DNA from: Longimicrobiales bacterium
Lineage (GTDB): Bacteria > Gemmatimonadota > Gemmatimonadetes > Longimicrobiales > Gaopeijiaceae
Length of the DNA: 64,000 nt
NCBI GenBank assembly: GCA_965203485.1
Contig: OZ241892.1
Coordinates: 2,144,001-2,208,000 of the forward strand
Direction: 5' to 3'
The notes under the pieces are model-generated. The model did no database searches and was not told where the DNA came from. It saw nothing but the letters and a program-made list of their open reading frames with translations. The position numbers and the translations under genes are program-made. This document shows, one piece after another, positions 38,759-48,731 of this stretch (position 1 is its first letter; each line of letters begins with the position of its first letter).

Positions 38759-40903
38759 CTAGTATGCCGCCAGGGCGAGGATCGCCTGGAGCACGTCGTC
38801 GGGTTGCGGCAGGATCGCCTTCTCCAGCTGCGGCGAGTAGGCCACCCACGTGTCGAGCGACGCCACCCTCCGAACCGGCGCGTCCAGCCACGGAAACAAG
38901 TCGTCCGCGACGCGGGCTGCAACCTCGGCCCCGATCCCGAACGACAGCGCGTCTTCGTGCGCCACGAGGACCTTGTTGGTGCGGCGCGCGGAATCGCCCA
39001 CGGTCTCCATGTCCAGCGGCGAGATCGTGCGCAGGTCGACGACCTCGGCGCTCACGCCGTGGCGATCGGCGGCCAGGCGGGCGGCGTCGCAGGCGCGCTT
39101 CACCAAGGCGCCGCAGGCGATCACCGTCACGTCGCGGCCCGGGCGCACCACCTTCGCCTTGCCGAACGGGACCATGTAGTCCGGTCCCGGATACGCGCCC
39201 TTGTTGTGGACTTGCCGGTACAGGTGCTTGTGCTCCAGGAAGAGCACGGGGTCGTCGCACCGGATCGCGGTGCGCAGAAGGCCGTTGGCGTCCAGCGCGT
39301 TCGACGGCAACACGACGCGCAGGCCCGGCGTGTGCGCGAACAGCGTCGCGCCCGTCTGGGAATGGTAGATGCCGCCCTTGATGTAGCCGCCGTAGGTGGT
39401 GCGAACGACCACCGGCGCGGACCAGTCTCCGCCGGAGCGGTAGCGCATTGTGGCCAGCTCGTTGCGTATCTGCATGAACGCCGGCCAGATGTAGTCGAAG
39501 AACTGAATCTCCACCACCGGCTTGACGCCGCGCACGGCCATCCCGATCGCTCGGCCGACGATGTTGGCCTCCGCGAGCGGCGCGTTGTACACGCGGTCGG
39601 AGCCGAAGCGCGCCTGCAGGCCGTGCGTGACCTTGAAGACGCCGCCCTTCCCCTTCACCTCGGCCAACGCCTCCTCGCGCGAGGCGTCCGCCACGTCCTG
39701 GCCGAAGACGACGATGCGCGGATCGCGGGCCATCTCGTCGCGCAGGCAACGGTTGAGCAGGTCCACCATGGTGAGCGCGCTGTCGTCCTCGGAGGCGGGC
39801 GCTTTCTCTGTGTCGAAGGCCGCGCCCGTGGGGTCGACGGCCTCCGAGTAGAGCCACTTGGATGCCGTTTCGGGCGGCGGTTGCGGATGCTCCAGCGCTT
39901 GGTCTGCGGCGGCGGCCACCGCCACCTTCACGTCCGCTTCGAGCCGGTCGAGCTGCGACTCGGTGGCCGCGCCGGCGTCGAGCAGCATCCGGCGGGCGCG
40001 AGCGATGGGATCGCGGCTGTCCTGCCGGACGCGCTCGGCGGCCGTGCGGTAGGCCGTCTCGTCGTCGGAGGCCGAATGCGAGTAGGGGCGGGTGGTGTGC
40101 GCGTGAAGCAGGGCCGGCCCCCGGCGCTCCCGGCACCAGCGCACGGCGGCGGCGGCGGCGGCGTGGGACTCCATCAGGTCGGTACCGTCGCACTCGACGA
40201 TCTTCAGGCCGGGAAAGCCGCTCAGCAACCGCGAGACGTTGCCCCCGGCCGTCTGCACTTCGACCGGCACCGATATGGCGTACTCGTTGTCTTCGACGAC
40301 GAACAGAAGCGGCAACCCTAGGTTGCAGGCCGTGTTGAGGGCCTCCCAGAACTCGCCTTCGGAAGTCGTGCCGTCGCCTGCGCAACACACCACGATCTCG
40401 TCTTCCGCAAACGGGACGACATGCTCGCGCAACGCGGGAAGCCGGGACGCCCGCACCCCGGCTTCCGCCGTGCCGACGGCGTGCAGGAACTGCGTGCCCG
40501 TGGGCGACGACGCCGAAACCATGTTGAGACGCGAGTCCCCGAAGTGCGCGGGCATCTGGCGGCCCCCGCTGGCGCGGCACGCCTCCGCCGCCGTGCCCTG
40601 CAGGAAGTGTTCCACCGGCTCGACGCCCAGCGCCAGCGCCAGCGCGCGGTCCCGGTAGTAGAGGTAGAGCCAGTCCGAGCCGCGCCGGAGGTGGTCCGCG
40701 AGAGCCACCTGCACAGCCTCGTGCCCCGCTCCGGCGATCTGGAAGAAGATCTTGCCTTGCCGGTAGAGCGTCCCCTCGCGGTCGTCGATGCTCCGCGCCG
40801 TGACCATGGTGCGGTACCACGAGAGAAGCGTGTCGGCCCCGGGGCGGCCCCCAGCTTGCGCGGCCTTGGCCTTGGCCTCGGCTTCGGCTTTCGGTGCGTC
40901 CAA
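38759..40903 (-). CDS. 2-oxoacid dehydrogenase E1 component, fused alpha/beta subunits (branched-chain type likely)
   Basis: GAGHEA, YYRDR, TPP motif GDGTTSEG...[25 protein letters not shown] and FLEHK; TTG start with GGAAGG. Confidence 0.92.
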   Translation of the reverse strand: MDAPKAEAEAKAKAAQAGGRPGADTLLSWYRTMVTARSIDDREGTLYRQGKIFFQIAGAGHEAVQVALADHLRRGSDWLYLYYRDRALALALGVEPVEHFLQGTAAEACRASGGRQMPAHFGDSRLNMVSASSPTGTQFLHAVGTAEAGVRASRLPALREHVVPFAEDEIVVCCAGDGTTSEGEFWEALNTACNLGLPLLFVVEDNEYAISVPVEVQTAGGNVSRLLSGFPGLKIVECDGTDLMESHAAAAAAVRWCRERRGPALLHAHTTRPYSHSASDDETAYRTAAERVRQDSRDPIARARRMLLDAGAATESQLDRLEADVKVAVAAAADQALEHPQPPPETASKWLYSEAVDPTGAAFDTEKAPASEDDSALTMVDLLNRCLRDEMARDPRIVVFGQDVADASREEALAEVKGKGGVFKVTHGLQARFGSDRVYNAPLAEANIVGRAIGMAVRGVKPVVEIQFFDYIWPAFMQIRNELATMRYRSGGDWSAPVVVRTTYGGYIKGGIYHSQTGATLFAHTPGLRVVLPSNALDANGLLRTAIRCDDPVLFLEHKHLYRQVHNKGAYPGPDYMVPFGKAKVVRPGRDVTVIACGALVKRACDAARLAADRHGVSAEVVDLRTISPLDMETVGDSARRTNKVLVAHEDALSFGIGAEVAARVADDLFPWLDAPVRRVASLDTWVAYSPQLEKAILPQPDDVLQAILALAAY

Positions 40904-41005
40904 GCGGTTCCTTCCGGTGGTCCAACTGCGGTGCACGGGATCGCGGCAAGCGAGCCGCCGACCAGACGGCTACAATAACAAATGCGCCCCGGAGTCGGAC
41001 CTCGC

Positions 41006-41701
41006 TTACGACGAAGTGGGTTGCCGGGGCGCCCCGTCCGCTTCACCCTTCGGCTCGTCCGCCGAGTAGCGGGCGGGCGTCTCCCGCACGCCGACGCCAG
41101 GGACCGCGGCCGCTTCCGCGCCAGGCAGGCCGCCACCCTCCAGGCGGTCGATCCGGTGGCCAGTCTCCTGCTTGTGGGCGTTGAGCGCATTCGTCATCTC
41201 CTGCTTGTAGGCGTTGAACGCGTCCGTCAGTTCCCGTTTGTGGGTGGCAAACGCGTCCGCCAGTTCCTGCTTGTGGATGGCGAAGGCGTCCGCCAGTTCC
41301 CGTTTCTGGGTGGCGAGGGCGTCCGTCAGTTCCTGCTTGTGGGTGGCGAGGGCGTCCGTCAGTTCCCGTTTGTGGGTGGCAAACGCGTCCGCCAGTTCCT
41401 GCTTCTGGATGGCGAGGGCGTCCGCCAGTTCCTGCTTGTGGGTGGCGAGGGTGTCCGTCAGTTCCCGTTTGTGGGTGGCAAACGCGTCCGCCAGTTCCTG
41501 CTTCTGGGTGGCGAGGGCGTCCGACGTTTCCCGCCTGTGGTTTCCGATCTGCTCCGCGAGCCGCTTCTCGCCCGCTTCGCGTCGCTTCTCCGCCTCCTCG
41601 CGCTCCCTTCGCCTGTCGGCCTTCGCCGCGAAGTGCACGCCAAGAGCGGACACCACAATCGCCACGATCGTCCAGAAGTCGCCGCTGTAGAGAAGGTCCA
41701 T
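41006..41701 (-). CDS. Membrane-anchored coiled-coil protein with 11-aa tandem repeats
   Basis: N-terminal TM (FWTIVAIVVSALGV) then about 11-12 copies of K(Q/R)EL(A/T)DA(F/L)ATH. Confidence 0.75.
   Translation of the reverse strand: MDLLYSGDFWTIVAIVVSALGVHFAAKADRRREREEAEKRREAGEKRLAEQIGNHRRETSDALATQKQELADAFATHKRELTDTLATHKQELADALAIQKQELADAFATHKRELTDALATHKQELTDALATQKRELADAFAIHKQELADAFATHKRELTDAFNAYKQEMTNALNAHKQETGHRIDRLEGGGLPGAEAAAVPGVGVRETPARYSADEPKGEADGAPRQPTSS
41174..41536 (-). repeat. 33-bp tandem repeat (about 11 copies), in frame
   Basis: Recurrent GCGTCCG(C/T)CAGTTCC(T/C)G(C/T)TTGTGGGTGGC units visible on the + strand. Confidence 0.9.
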
Positions 41702-41948
41702 CTTGTCGTCCTTGCACTCGGATGGCGGGCTCCGAGGTTTGCGTCCACTGCCGCCCCTGCAATCTACACTCGGAAGCGCTCGGCCGAAGCCCAGTGGGCA
41801 GAATGCCTTCGACTTGGGACACGGACCGGCGACGGCGCGCCAAGACCCTCCGAACCCTCCGACTCGCCAACCCGGATCCGCTCTGCCCGGCTACACGGCG
41901 CTCGTCTACGCGCAATGTCGATGGCGGCCCGAGGCGCGCTCGTCTCGC

Positions 41949-44069
41949 CTAGCGGACCGGCGTCCCGGACGCATCCTTCAGGGCCGAAGCCAAGGCTTCG
42001 GGCGACGAGACCGGCTCTTGGCAGGCCGCCCCGACGCACACGAACGCCCGGCCGGACTGCTCCAGGCGACCCTGCATGGCCGGCAACGCCGCGACGGCCG
42101 GGCAGGCTGGATCGCCCCCGGCCACGATGCGGTTGGGATGGGCATGGCGGTGGGCGACGGACAGCATGGCCGCGATGCCGTCTTGCGGGCCGGCGGCATC
42201 TTGGACGGGCCGGTCGGCGGGGGCGGGCGGCGCCGAACCCGGCAACGCGCCCACGAGCACGATCTCCAGCGGCGCCGTCCTTGCCGTCAGGGCCGCCGCC
42301 AACAGGCGCCCGGCGCCCAGCGGGTGGCGTTCCATGGCACCGGCCTCGCGGAGGACGACGGCTTCCGCCACCGCTTGGTGCTCGTCGTTGCCCGCCAACC
42401 GGGCCGAGCGCGCCGCGAGTTCGGTCGCCAGGGAGTTTCCGGAGGGCGCTGCGTTGTCCATGATGTCGCGCGGGCGGACGATCAGCCGCTCGCCGTCGCG
42501 CGGAACGTCCCAGAACATCGAGCCGGCGGCGTCCCAGAAGCGGGCGACGGTCGCGGCGGCGAGCCGCAGGCCCTCCTCCAGCCAGCGCGCCTCCAGTGTG
42601 GCTTCGTGGAGCGACAGGCAGGCGTTCCCGACGGCAGCGTAGTCCTCCAGGAAGCCCTCCACGTGCGCCCGGCCCGCGGTCCAGACGCGAAGCAACCGAC
42701 CGTCGCGCCGCAACGCGGCCAGCAGGCTGTCGGCGGCCTCCGCGGCGGCCTCCGTGTAGTCCGGCCGCCCAAGCGCCGGGCCCGCCTCGGCCAGCGCCCG
42801 GATGGCCAGCCCGTTCCAGCCGGCCAGCGCCTTCTCGTCGCGAAGGGGCGCCTCGCGTCCAGCGCGCCGCGCCTTGAGCACCGCCAGCGACTCGCGCATC
42901 CGCCGCCGCAGGTCCTCTTGGGCCAACCCCTCGCGCCCGGCCGCCGCTTCGATTCCGTGCGGCAAGTGCAGGATGTTGCGTCCCTCGAAGTTGCCGGCAT
43001 CGCTCACGTCGTAGACGCGCCCGAACAAGTCCGCGTCCTCCTGGCCCAGGCAGTCCGCCACCTCGTCCGGAGTCCACACGTAGAAGGCGCCTTCCCGGCC
43101 CTCCGAGTCCGCGTCCCGCGCCGAATAGAAGACCCCGTCCGGCGAACGCAGGTCCTCGAGCACGTAGTCCAGCGTTTCCTCGGCCACGGCGGCCGCGCCC
43201 GGCGCACCCAGCACGTGGGCCCGCACCAACGCGCTCGCGATCAGCGCATTGTCGTAGAGCATCTTCTCGAAGTGCGGCACCCGCCAGCGCGCGTCGACGG
43301 CGTAGCGGTGGAATCCTCCGCCCGCGTGGTCGCGGATGCCTCCGGCGGCCATCCGGGCCAGCGTGTGGACGGCCATCGCGGGACCTCGCGCCTCGGGGCC
43401 GTCCCCCGTCCGCAACAAGAATTCCAGGAACATGGGCTGCGGGAACTTGGGCGCGCCGCCGAACCCGCCGTGCGCCGCATCGAACGCCCTCTCCGCCGCC
43501 GCCACGGCCCCGTCGAAGAGCGGGGACGCGTCCTCCTCGTAGCGGCCCGCCGCCGGTCGCGCCAGCGTCGTGCTCGCCGCGAGCGCCGCCTTGATGCGGT
43601 CGCCCGCCCGCGCCACCTCGCCGCGCCGGGTCGCGTACGCCTCGGCCGCCGCCGAGAGCACCTGGCGAAAAGACGGCATCCCGTGACGCGGAACCGGGGG
43701 GAAGTAGGTGCCTCCGTAGTACGGAGCCCCATCAGGCGTGAGGAAGACCGTGAGCGGCCATCCCCCCTGCCCCGTCATGGCCTGGACCGCCGCCATGTAC
43801 ACCGAGTCCAGGTCGGGCCGCTCCTCGCGGTCGAGCTTGACGTTCACGAAGGCCTGATTCATCAGGCGCGCCGTCCGCTCGTCCTCGAACGACTCGCGCT
43901 CCATGACGTGGCACCAGTGGCAGGCCGAGTACCCGACCGAAAGCAGGATGGGCCGGTCGAGCTTCTTGGCGCGGCCGAGAGCCTCGTCGCACCAGGGATA
44001 CCAGTCCACCGGATTGTGCGCGTGCTGGAGCAGATAGGGACTGGTCTCGGCGGCAAGGCGGTTGGTCAC
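41949..44069 (-). CDS. Thioredoxin-domain protein, YyaL/SSP411 (DUF255) family
   Basis: [57 protein letters not shown] and DADSEG.EG.FY. Start could instead be 44084. Confidence 0.92.
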   Translation of the reverse strand: MTNRLAAETSPYLLQHAHNPVDWYPWCDEALGRAKKLDRPILLSVGYSACHWCHVMERESFEDERTARLMNQAFVNVKLDREERPDLDSVYMAAVQAMTGQGGWPLTVFLTPDGAPYYGGTYFPPVPRHGMPSFRQVLSAAAEAYATRRGEVARAGDRIKAALAASTTLARPAAGRYEEDASPLFDGAVAAAERAFDAAHGGFGGAPKFPQPMFLEFLLRTGDGPEARGPAMAVHTLARMAAGGIRDHAGGGFHRYAVDARWRVPHFEKMLYDNALIASALVRAHVLGAPGAAAVAEETLDYVLEDLRSPDGVFYSARDADSEGREGAFYVWTPDEVADCLGQEDADLFGRVYDVSDAGNFEGRNILHLPHGIEAAAGREGLAQEDLRRRMRESLAVLKARRAGREAPLRDEKALAGWNGLAIRALAEAGPALGRPDYTEAAAEAADSLLAALRRDGRLLRVWTAGRAHVEGFLEDYAAVGNACLSLHEATLEARWLEEGLRLAAATVARFWDAAGSMFWDVPRDGERLIVRPRDIMDNAAPSGNSLATELAARSARLAGNDEHQAVAEAVVLREAGAMERHPLGAGRLLAAALTARTAPLEIVLVGALPGSAPPAPADRPVQDAAGPQDGIAAMLSVAHRHAHPNRIVAGGDPACPAVAALPAMQGRLEQSGRAFVCVGAACQEPVSSPEALASALKDASGTPVR

Positions 44070-44930
44070 GGGGACGCCGTCCATTCTCCCTCCCAAAGCC
44101 CGGCCGCGAACTCGCCGGCGGGAACGATCTCGATGCCGTCCGGGGTGCGCCGGCGGCGAGGCTCGCAACACACCGCGATGCAGTGCCGCACCGAAGGGTG
44201 GTCCTTCGCCAAGCTCCTCAGCCCCTTGAGATGCTCCCTAGTGACGTTCCGGCTGGACTTGGCCTCCAGCGCGACCTCCATGTCGCCTACCACGAAGTCC
44301 ACTTCCGTGCCTCCGGCCAGCCGCCAGTAGGACAGTCCGGCCTCGATCCCCATGTAGCGCAGATGGGCGGACAATTCGTGGAACACCCAGTTTTCGAACG
44401 CCTTGCCGTAGGCCGCGGAGCCGGACAGGACCTGCCCCCGTCGGGCCAGCCGGTTGACCACGCCCACGTCGGCGAAGCAGACTTGGGTGCGTGGACGACC
44501 CGGCGCTTCGCGCGCTTGCGGTAGGCCGGCAACCACCTTCCCAGCAACGTGTCCTCGAGCACTTCGAAGTGGCTCCTTGCGGTGTGGCCGGAAACGCCGC
44601 ACTCGCGCGCGACGTTGGCGAAGTTGACCATTTCGCCGTCGCGGAACGCCGCGGCCGTCAGGAAGTTGGAACCTTCTGGATTTCGTCGACGACGATCTGT
44701 CCGGGCGGGCGGGTCTCGCCGGACGTCTCGGCCTCGAGTTCCTGGCGAAGCAGCTCCGGGCGCGCGGCGTAGCGGTGGAAGTGATCGGCCTTGAGCAAGT
44801 CGATCCAGCGGGCGCCGGGGTACGATTCCCGCAACAGCGTGCTCTTGCCGGTTTGCCGGGGTCCCCACAAGAAGAAGGTCTCGGTTCCGGCAGGCGGAAG
44901 GGACAATGCTTTTTGGAATCGAGACTTCAT
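44066..44930 (-). pseudogene. Disrupted AAA_14/DUF4143 ATPase
   Basis: Three frames give GPRQTGKS...VDEIQKVP (44658-44930), NFANVARECGVS...LEDTLLG (middle) and DVGVVN...YWR...EVDF...EAK (3'); the central region is missing. Confidence 0.85.
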
Positions 44931-44936
44931 CCTGTC

Positions 44937-44963
44937 ATGATAACGTGAAGTGGCGGTTCACGT
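44937..44963 (-). promoter_or_regulatory. Leaderless-type promoter with palindromic operator
   Basis: -10 TATCAT (44942-44937) lies 6 nt before the ATG at 44930; perfect inverted repeat ACGTGAA-N7-TTCACGT at 44943-44963. Confidence 0.55.
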
Positions 44964-45040
44964 ATGGTGCTGCTCCGGCGTCGGCTCCGGCGACGACCCG
45001 GCGTTATCCCAAGCTGGGCCCTTGCGCGTAACTTGCGAAG

Positions 45041-45847
45041 ATGACTGGTCGGCTCCTGCTCGCGGCGCTGCGGCGTCCGTGGATCGTCCCCGCGATGGTC
45101 TCGGCGGCCTGGGCGTTTCGCGCGCGCGGCTGGCACCAGCGGCCTCCCTTCCTCCCCCTGCCCTCGACGGACTACATGCGCTGGCGCATGGAGACGGCCT
45201 ACGGGGACCCCGCCGCGACGCCGCCCGTGGACGACATCGCCGACTTCGTGCGATGGTCAGCCCGGATGCGCCGGCGCATGACCGGCCGCTCGGCGGCGGC
45301 CACGTGGGCGAAGGCCGCGGGCGTGCTGGGGCTCGCCGCGTTCGCCGTGTGGGCCAACGTCTACGGCCCCGAGCAGGAACGAGTAAGGGAGATCGTCGCC
45401 GGCGGCGGCTACGCGGGGTTGCTGGGCGCGTCCGTGCTCAGTGGGTTCAACGTGATCGCCGCGGTGCCCGTGGTGTGGTTCTTCCCCTTGCTCATGGAGG
45501 CCGGCTTCGAGCCCGTCCCCACGCTCGCGACCATCGCGCTGGGAATGACGGGGGGCGACCTGCTGGGCTACGCCGTCGGCACCGCGTCGCGCGACGTCTT
45601 CAAGGCCCGGATGATTGGATTCCACTGGCGGGTGGAACGCCTGCGCGCTCGTCATCCGGTGTTGCCGCTGGCGCTCGTCTTCGTCTATGCGGGCTTCGTG
45701 CCGGCTCCGAACGAGCTGGTGGTCGTTCCCTTGGCGTACTTTCGCTATCCGGCGCTGGGCATCATGACGGCGGTGTTCTTCGGCAACGTCGTCTTCAACG
45801 CGTGGATGGCCTTCGGCGTGGGGCGGATCTTCGGAGCGGGCGGTTGA
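45041..45847 (+). CDS. Hypothetical membrane protein, possibly a fusion of two genes (C-terminal half DedA/VTT-like)
   Basis: N-terminal RPPFLPLP..DY.RWR.ETAYG domain; internal ATG at 45278; C-terminal G...GD..GY..G and P.PNE motifs with TM helices. Confidence 0.6.
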   Translation: MTGRLLLAALRRPWIVPAMVSAAWAFRARGWHQRPPFLPLPSTDYMRWRMETAYGDPAATPPVDDIADFVRWSARMRRRMTGRSAAATWAKAAGVLGLAAFAVWANVYGPEQERVREIVAGGGYAGLLGASVLSGFNVIAAVPVVWFFPLLMEAGFEPVPTLATIALGMTGGDLLGYAVGTASRDVFKARMIGFHWRVERLRARHPVLPLALVFVYAGFVPAPNELVVVPLAYFRYPALGIMTAVFFGNVVFNAWMAFGVGRIFGAGG

Positions 45848-46479
45848 CGGGCGACGGCGGGCCCAGGAGGCCGCGGCCGCCGATCGCGGGACTGACGGGC
45901 AACGTCGCGGCCGGCAAGTCCACGGTAGCGCAGATGTGGCGGCGGGCGGGAGTGCCGGTCGCGTCGGCGGACGAGTTCGCGCGCGAGGCCGTGGCGCCGG
46001 GATCGGCCGCGCTGGCCCGAGTCGAGGAACTGTTCGGCTCGCAGGTGGTCCGGGCAGACGGGAAGATGGACCGGGGGGCGGTGCGCCGGATCGTGTTCGC
46101 GGACCCCGGCGCCAAGCGGACGCTGGAGGCCGTGGTTCATCCGGTGGTTGGGAGGCTTCGGGACGCGTGGACCGAGGCCCAACAGGCGCGAGGAGCGAAA
46201 TTCGTGGTCTGGGAGGTACCGTTGCTGTATGAAACGGGGATGGACGCCGAAGTGGACCTGGTCGTCTTCGTGGACGCGCCTGCGCGCGTGCGGCGGAAGC
46301 GCGTCATGGAGACCCGCGGCCTGCCGCGCGAAGAGGCGGAGGCGGTGATGGCGGCTCAGGCGCCTGCGCCGACCAAGCGCCGGAGGGCCGACATCGTGGT
46401 GGACAACGGCGGCAGCCGCGAGGCGCTGGCCGAGCGGGCGGCGGAAGCGCTCGACGCGTTGCGGCGCAGGCTTCGATGA
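45844..46479 (+). CDS. coaE: Dephospho-CoA kinase
   Basis: GLTGNVAAGKST, DR..VR.IVF.D, LEAVVHP, EVPLLYE and ADIVVDNGG; TTG overlaps the upstream stop. Confidence 0.92.
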   Translation: MTGDGGPRRPRPPIAGLTGNVAAGKSTVAQMWRRAGVPVASADEFAREAVAPGSAALARVEELFGSQVVRADGKMDRGAVRRIVFADPGAKRTLEAVVHPVVGRLRDAWTEAQQARGAKFVVWEVPLLYETGMDAEVDLVVFVDAPARVRRKRVMETRGLPREEAEAVMAAQAPAPTKRRRADIVVDNGGSREALAERAAEALDALRRRLR

Positions 46480-47486
46480 CGGGCACGGACGAAGCGCTCG
46501 ACGCGCTGTCAGGGGCCTCGCGGATCGTGCTCTCCACGCATCACAACGCGGACGGCGACGGGGCCGGGTCCGAGGCGGCCCTCGCCGCCCATCTCGCCCA
46601 ACGCGGCAAGCATGTTCGCATCGTCAACCCGACTCCCTTTCCCGAGCCGTTCGCCTTCCTCCTGGACGACGCTTCGCGAGCGTTGCCCGTGGACGGGCCG
46701 GATGCCGCAGCCGTCTGCCGCGAGGCGGATCTCGCCGTGGTCTTGGACACGTCGGACGTCAAGCGCATCGGCCCCGTGCACGCGCTGGTCCGCCACCTTC
46801 GGACGGTCGTGATCGACCATCACCCCGCCGGGCCGAACGACATCTCCGGCATCGTGATCCGCGACACCGAAGCCGCCGCCACGGGCGAAATCGTCTTCCG
46901 GATGCTGGAGCAGGCTGGCGCCTCGTGGACGCCGCAGATGGCCGCCGCCCTCTACACGGCCGTGCTCACCGACACGGGCGGCTTCCGCTTCTCGAACGTC
47001 ACGCCGCGCTGCCTTCGCACGGCCGCCCGTCTGGTCGAGCTGGGCGCGGCGCCGCACGAGCTTCACCGCAGGGCGTACGGCAGCTTCCGGCGGCGGCGCT
47101 TCGCGCTGCTGCAAGAGTCTCTGGCCACCCTGGAGGTGCACGAATCGGGAAGGGTCGCATGGATGCTCGTGCCGGGCGACGCCTACGGCCGAACGAACGC
47201 GGCGGTGGACGACCTCGAGGGCTTCGTGGACGTGCCTCGGAGCCTCCGCGGCGTGGAGGTCGCGCTCCTCTTCCGCGTGGCCAAGGACGGGCAGACCAAG
47301 GTGTCCTTGCGCTCCGGCGCTTCCGTGGACGTGAACCGGCTGGCGGCCGCGTTCGGCGGCGGCGGCCACCCGCGCGCGGCGGGAGCGCTGCTTCCGGGAC
47401 CGTTCGAAGACGCCGTCCGGCGTGTCGTGGCAACGGTCGCCGCCGCGTTGCCCCCGAAGCCGCCGCGCTTGTCCGAAACTCGCTAG
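46476..47486 (+). CDS. nrnA: DHH family phosphoesterase (oligoribonuclease/pAp phosphatase NrnA)
   Basis: H.NADGD..GS, VLD, IDHH, TDTG.F, KVSLRS and GGGGHPRAAG. Confidence 0.9.
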   Translation: MTGTDEALDALSGASRIVLSTHHNADGDGAGSEAALAAHLAQRGKHVRIVNPTPFPEPFAFLLDDASRALPVDGPDAAAVCREADLAVVLDTSDVKRIGPVHALVRHLRTVVIDHHPAGPNDISGIVIRDTEAAATGEIVFRMLEQAGASWTPQMAAALYTAVLTDTGGFRFSNVTPRCLRTAARLVELGAAPHELHRRAYGSFRRRRFALLQESLATLEVHESGRVAWMLVPGDAYGRTNAAVDDLEGFVDVPRSLRGVEVALLFRVAKDGQTKVSLRSGASVDVNRLAAAFGGGGHPRAAGALLPGPFEDAVRRVVATVAAALPPKPPRLSETR

Positions 47487-48719
47487 CTAGCCGTCCGTGC
47501 GGTACAGCGGTTCGCCGAGGTCCAGCTGGGACGCCGCCAGAATCCCGCCGTCCAGATTGGCCACGTCGTCGTATCCTTCGTCGGCCAGGAAAGCGGCCAC
47601 TTCCATGCTGCGGCCGCCGCTGCGGCAGTAGACGACCACGGGGCGGCCGCGCGGGATTTCGTCCAGGCGCCCAGGCACCTCCCGCCGGGGCATCAGGACG
47701 GCGCCCAAGTGCGCGAGATTGGCCTCCTCCCACTCGAAGGGCTCCCGCACGTCCAGCAGAAACGGCGCCGGACGGGCGGCCATCGCGTCGGACAGCCCGT
47801 CCGGCGGCAGTTGCCGGATTCGCGGATCCGGCCCCGGCGTCCCGCAGAAGGCGTCGTAGTCCACCAAGCCGGTCTGCGTGGGGGAGTCGCCGCACAGCCG
47901 ACAGTCCCGATTGCGCCGGACCTCGACTTCGCGCCACCGAAAGGCCAAGGCGTCGAAGACGTGGAGGCGTCCCGCGAGAGGCTCGCCCACGCCCAGCGCC
48001 AGCTTGATCGCTTCGAGCGCCTGGGCCGCGCCGATCACCCCCGGCAACGCGCCGAAGACCCCGGCCTCGGCGCAGTTGGGCACCAGTCCGGGCGGGGGCG
48101 GCTCCCGGAACAGGCACCGGTAGCACGGGCCGCCAGCGGCCCCGAAGACCGAGACCTGTCCTTCCCAGCGATGGACCGCGCCGTAGACGTTGGGAACGCC
48201 CGACAGCACGGAGGCGTCGTTGACCAGGTAGCGGGCGGGGAAGTTGTCGGTGCCGTCCACGACCACGTCGTAGCCGACGAAGAGGTCCATGGCGTTCGCC
48301 GCGGTCAGCCGCGTTTGGTGCGGTTTCACTTCGACGCGCGGGTTGACCGCGGCCAGCCGCTGGCGGCCCGACAGCACTTTCGGCACGCCCAAGGCGCTCG
48401 TGTCGTGGAGGATCTGGCGCTGCAGGTTGGTCAGGTCCACCACGTCCGGGTCCACCAAGCCCAGGACGCCGACCCCGGCCGCCGCCAGGTAGAGCCCAGC
48501 GGGCGAACCCAGCCCTCCTGCGCCCACGAGCAGCACGCGCGCAGCCTTGAGGCGCTCCTGTCCGTCGCTGCCCACCTCCGGGAGCGCCAGGTGGCGGGCG
48601 TAGCGGGTTCGCTCCTCGGCGTCCAGAGCGCTTCGCAAAGCGGCGCATCGGGCCGGGGGCTGAGCATCCGAAACCGGTGGGGCGGCCCGGCTCGGCGGGT
48701 TTGCGGCGCTGGCGCTCAT
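47487..48719 (-). CDS. moeB: Molybdopterin-synthase adenylyltransferase with rhodanese domain (MoeB/MoeZ)
   Basis: RYARHL, GAGGLGSP, TNLQRQ, DGTDNF, CYRC, C..CG; rhodanese LDVRE and YCRSGGRS. Confidence 0.93.
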   Translation of the reverse strand: MSASAANPPSRAAPPVSDAQPPARCAALRSALDAEERTRYARHLALPEVGSDGQERLKAARVLLVGAGGLGSPAGLYLAAAGVGVLGLVDPDVVDLTNLQRQILHDTSALGVPKVLSGRQRLAAVNPRVEVKPHQTRLTAANAMDLFVGYDVVVDGTDNFPARYLVNDASVLSGVPNVYGAVHRWEGQVSVFGAAGGPCYRCLFREPPPPGLVPNCAEAGVFGALPGVIGAAQALEAIKLALGVGEPLAGRLHVFDALAFRWREVEVRRNRDCRLCGDSPTQTGLVDYDAFCGTPGPDPRIRQLPPDGLSDAMAARPAPFLLDVREPFEWEEANLAHLGAVLMPRREVPGRLDEIPRGRPVVVYCRSGGRSMEVAAFLADEGYDDVANLDGGILAASQLDLGEPLYRTDG

Positions 48720-48731
48720 CTTGATCGCAAC

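Noticed and set aside
47480..47492. CTAGCTAG palindrome at the nrnA/moeB junction
   Set aside because: Explained by two abutting convergent TAG stop codons.
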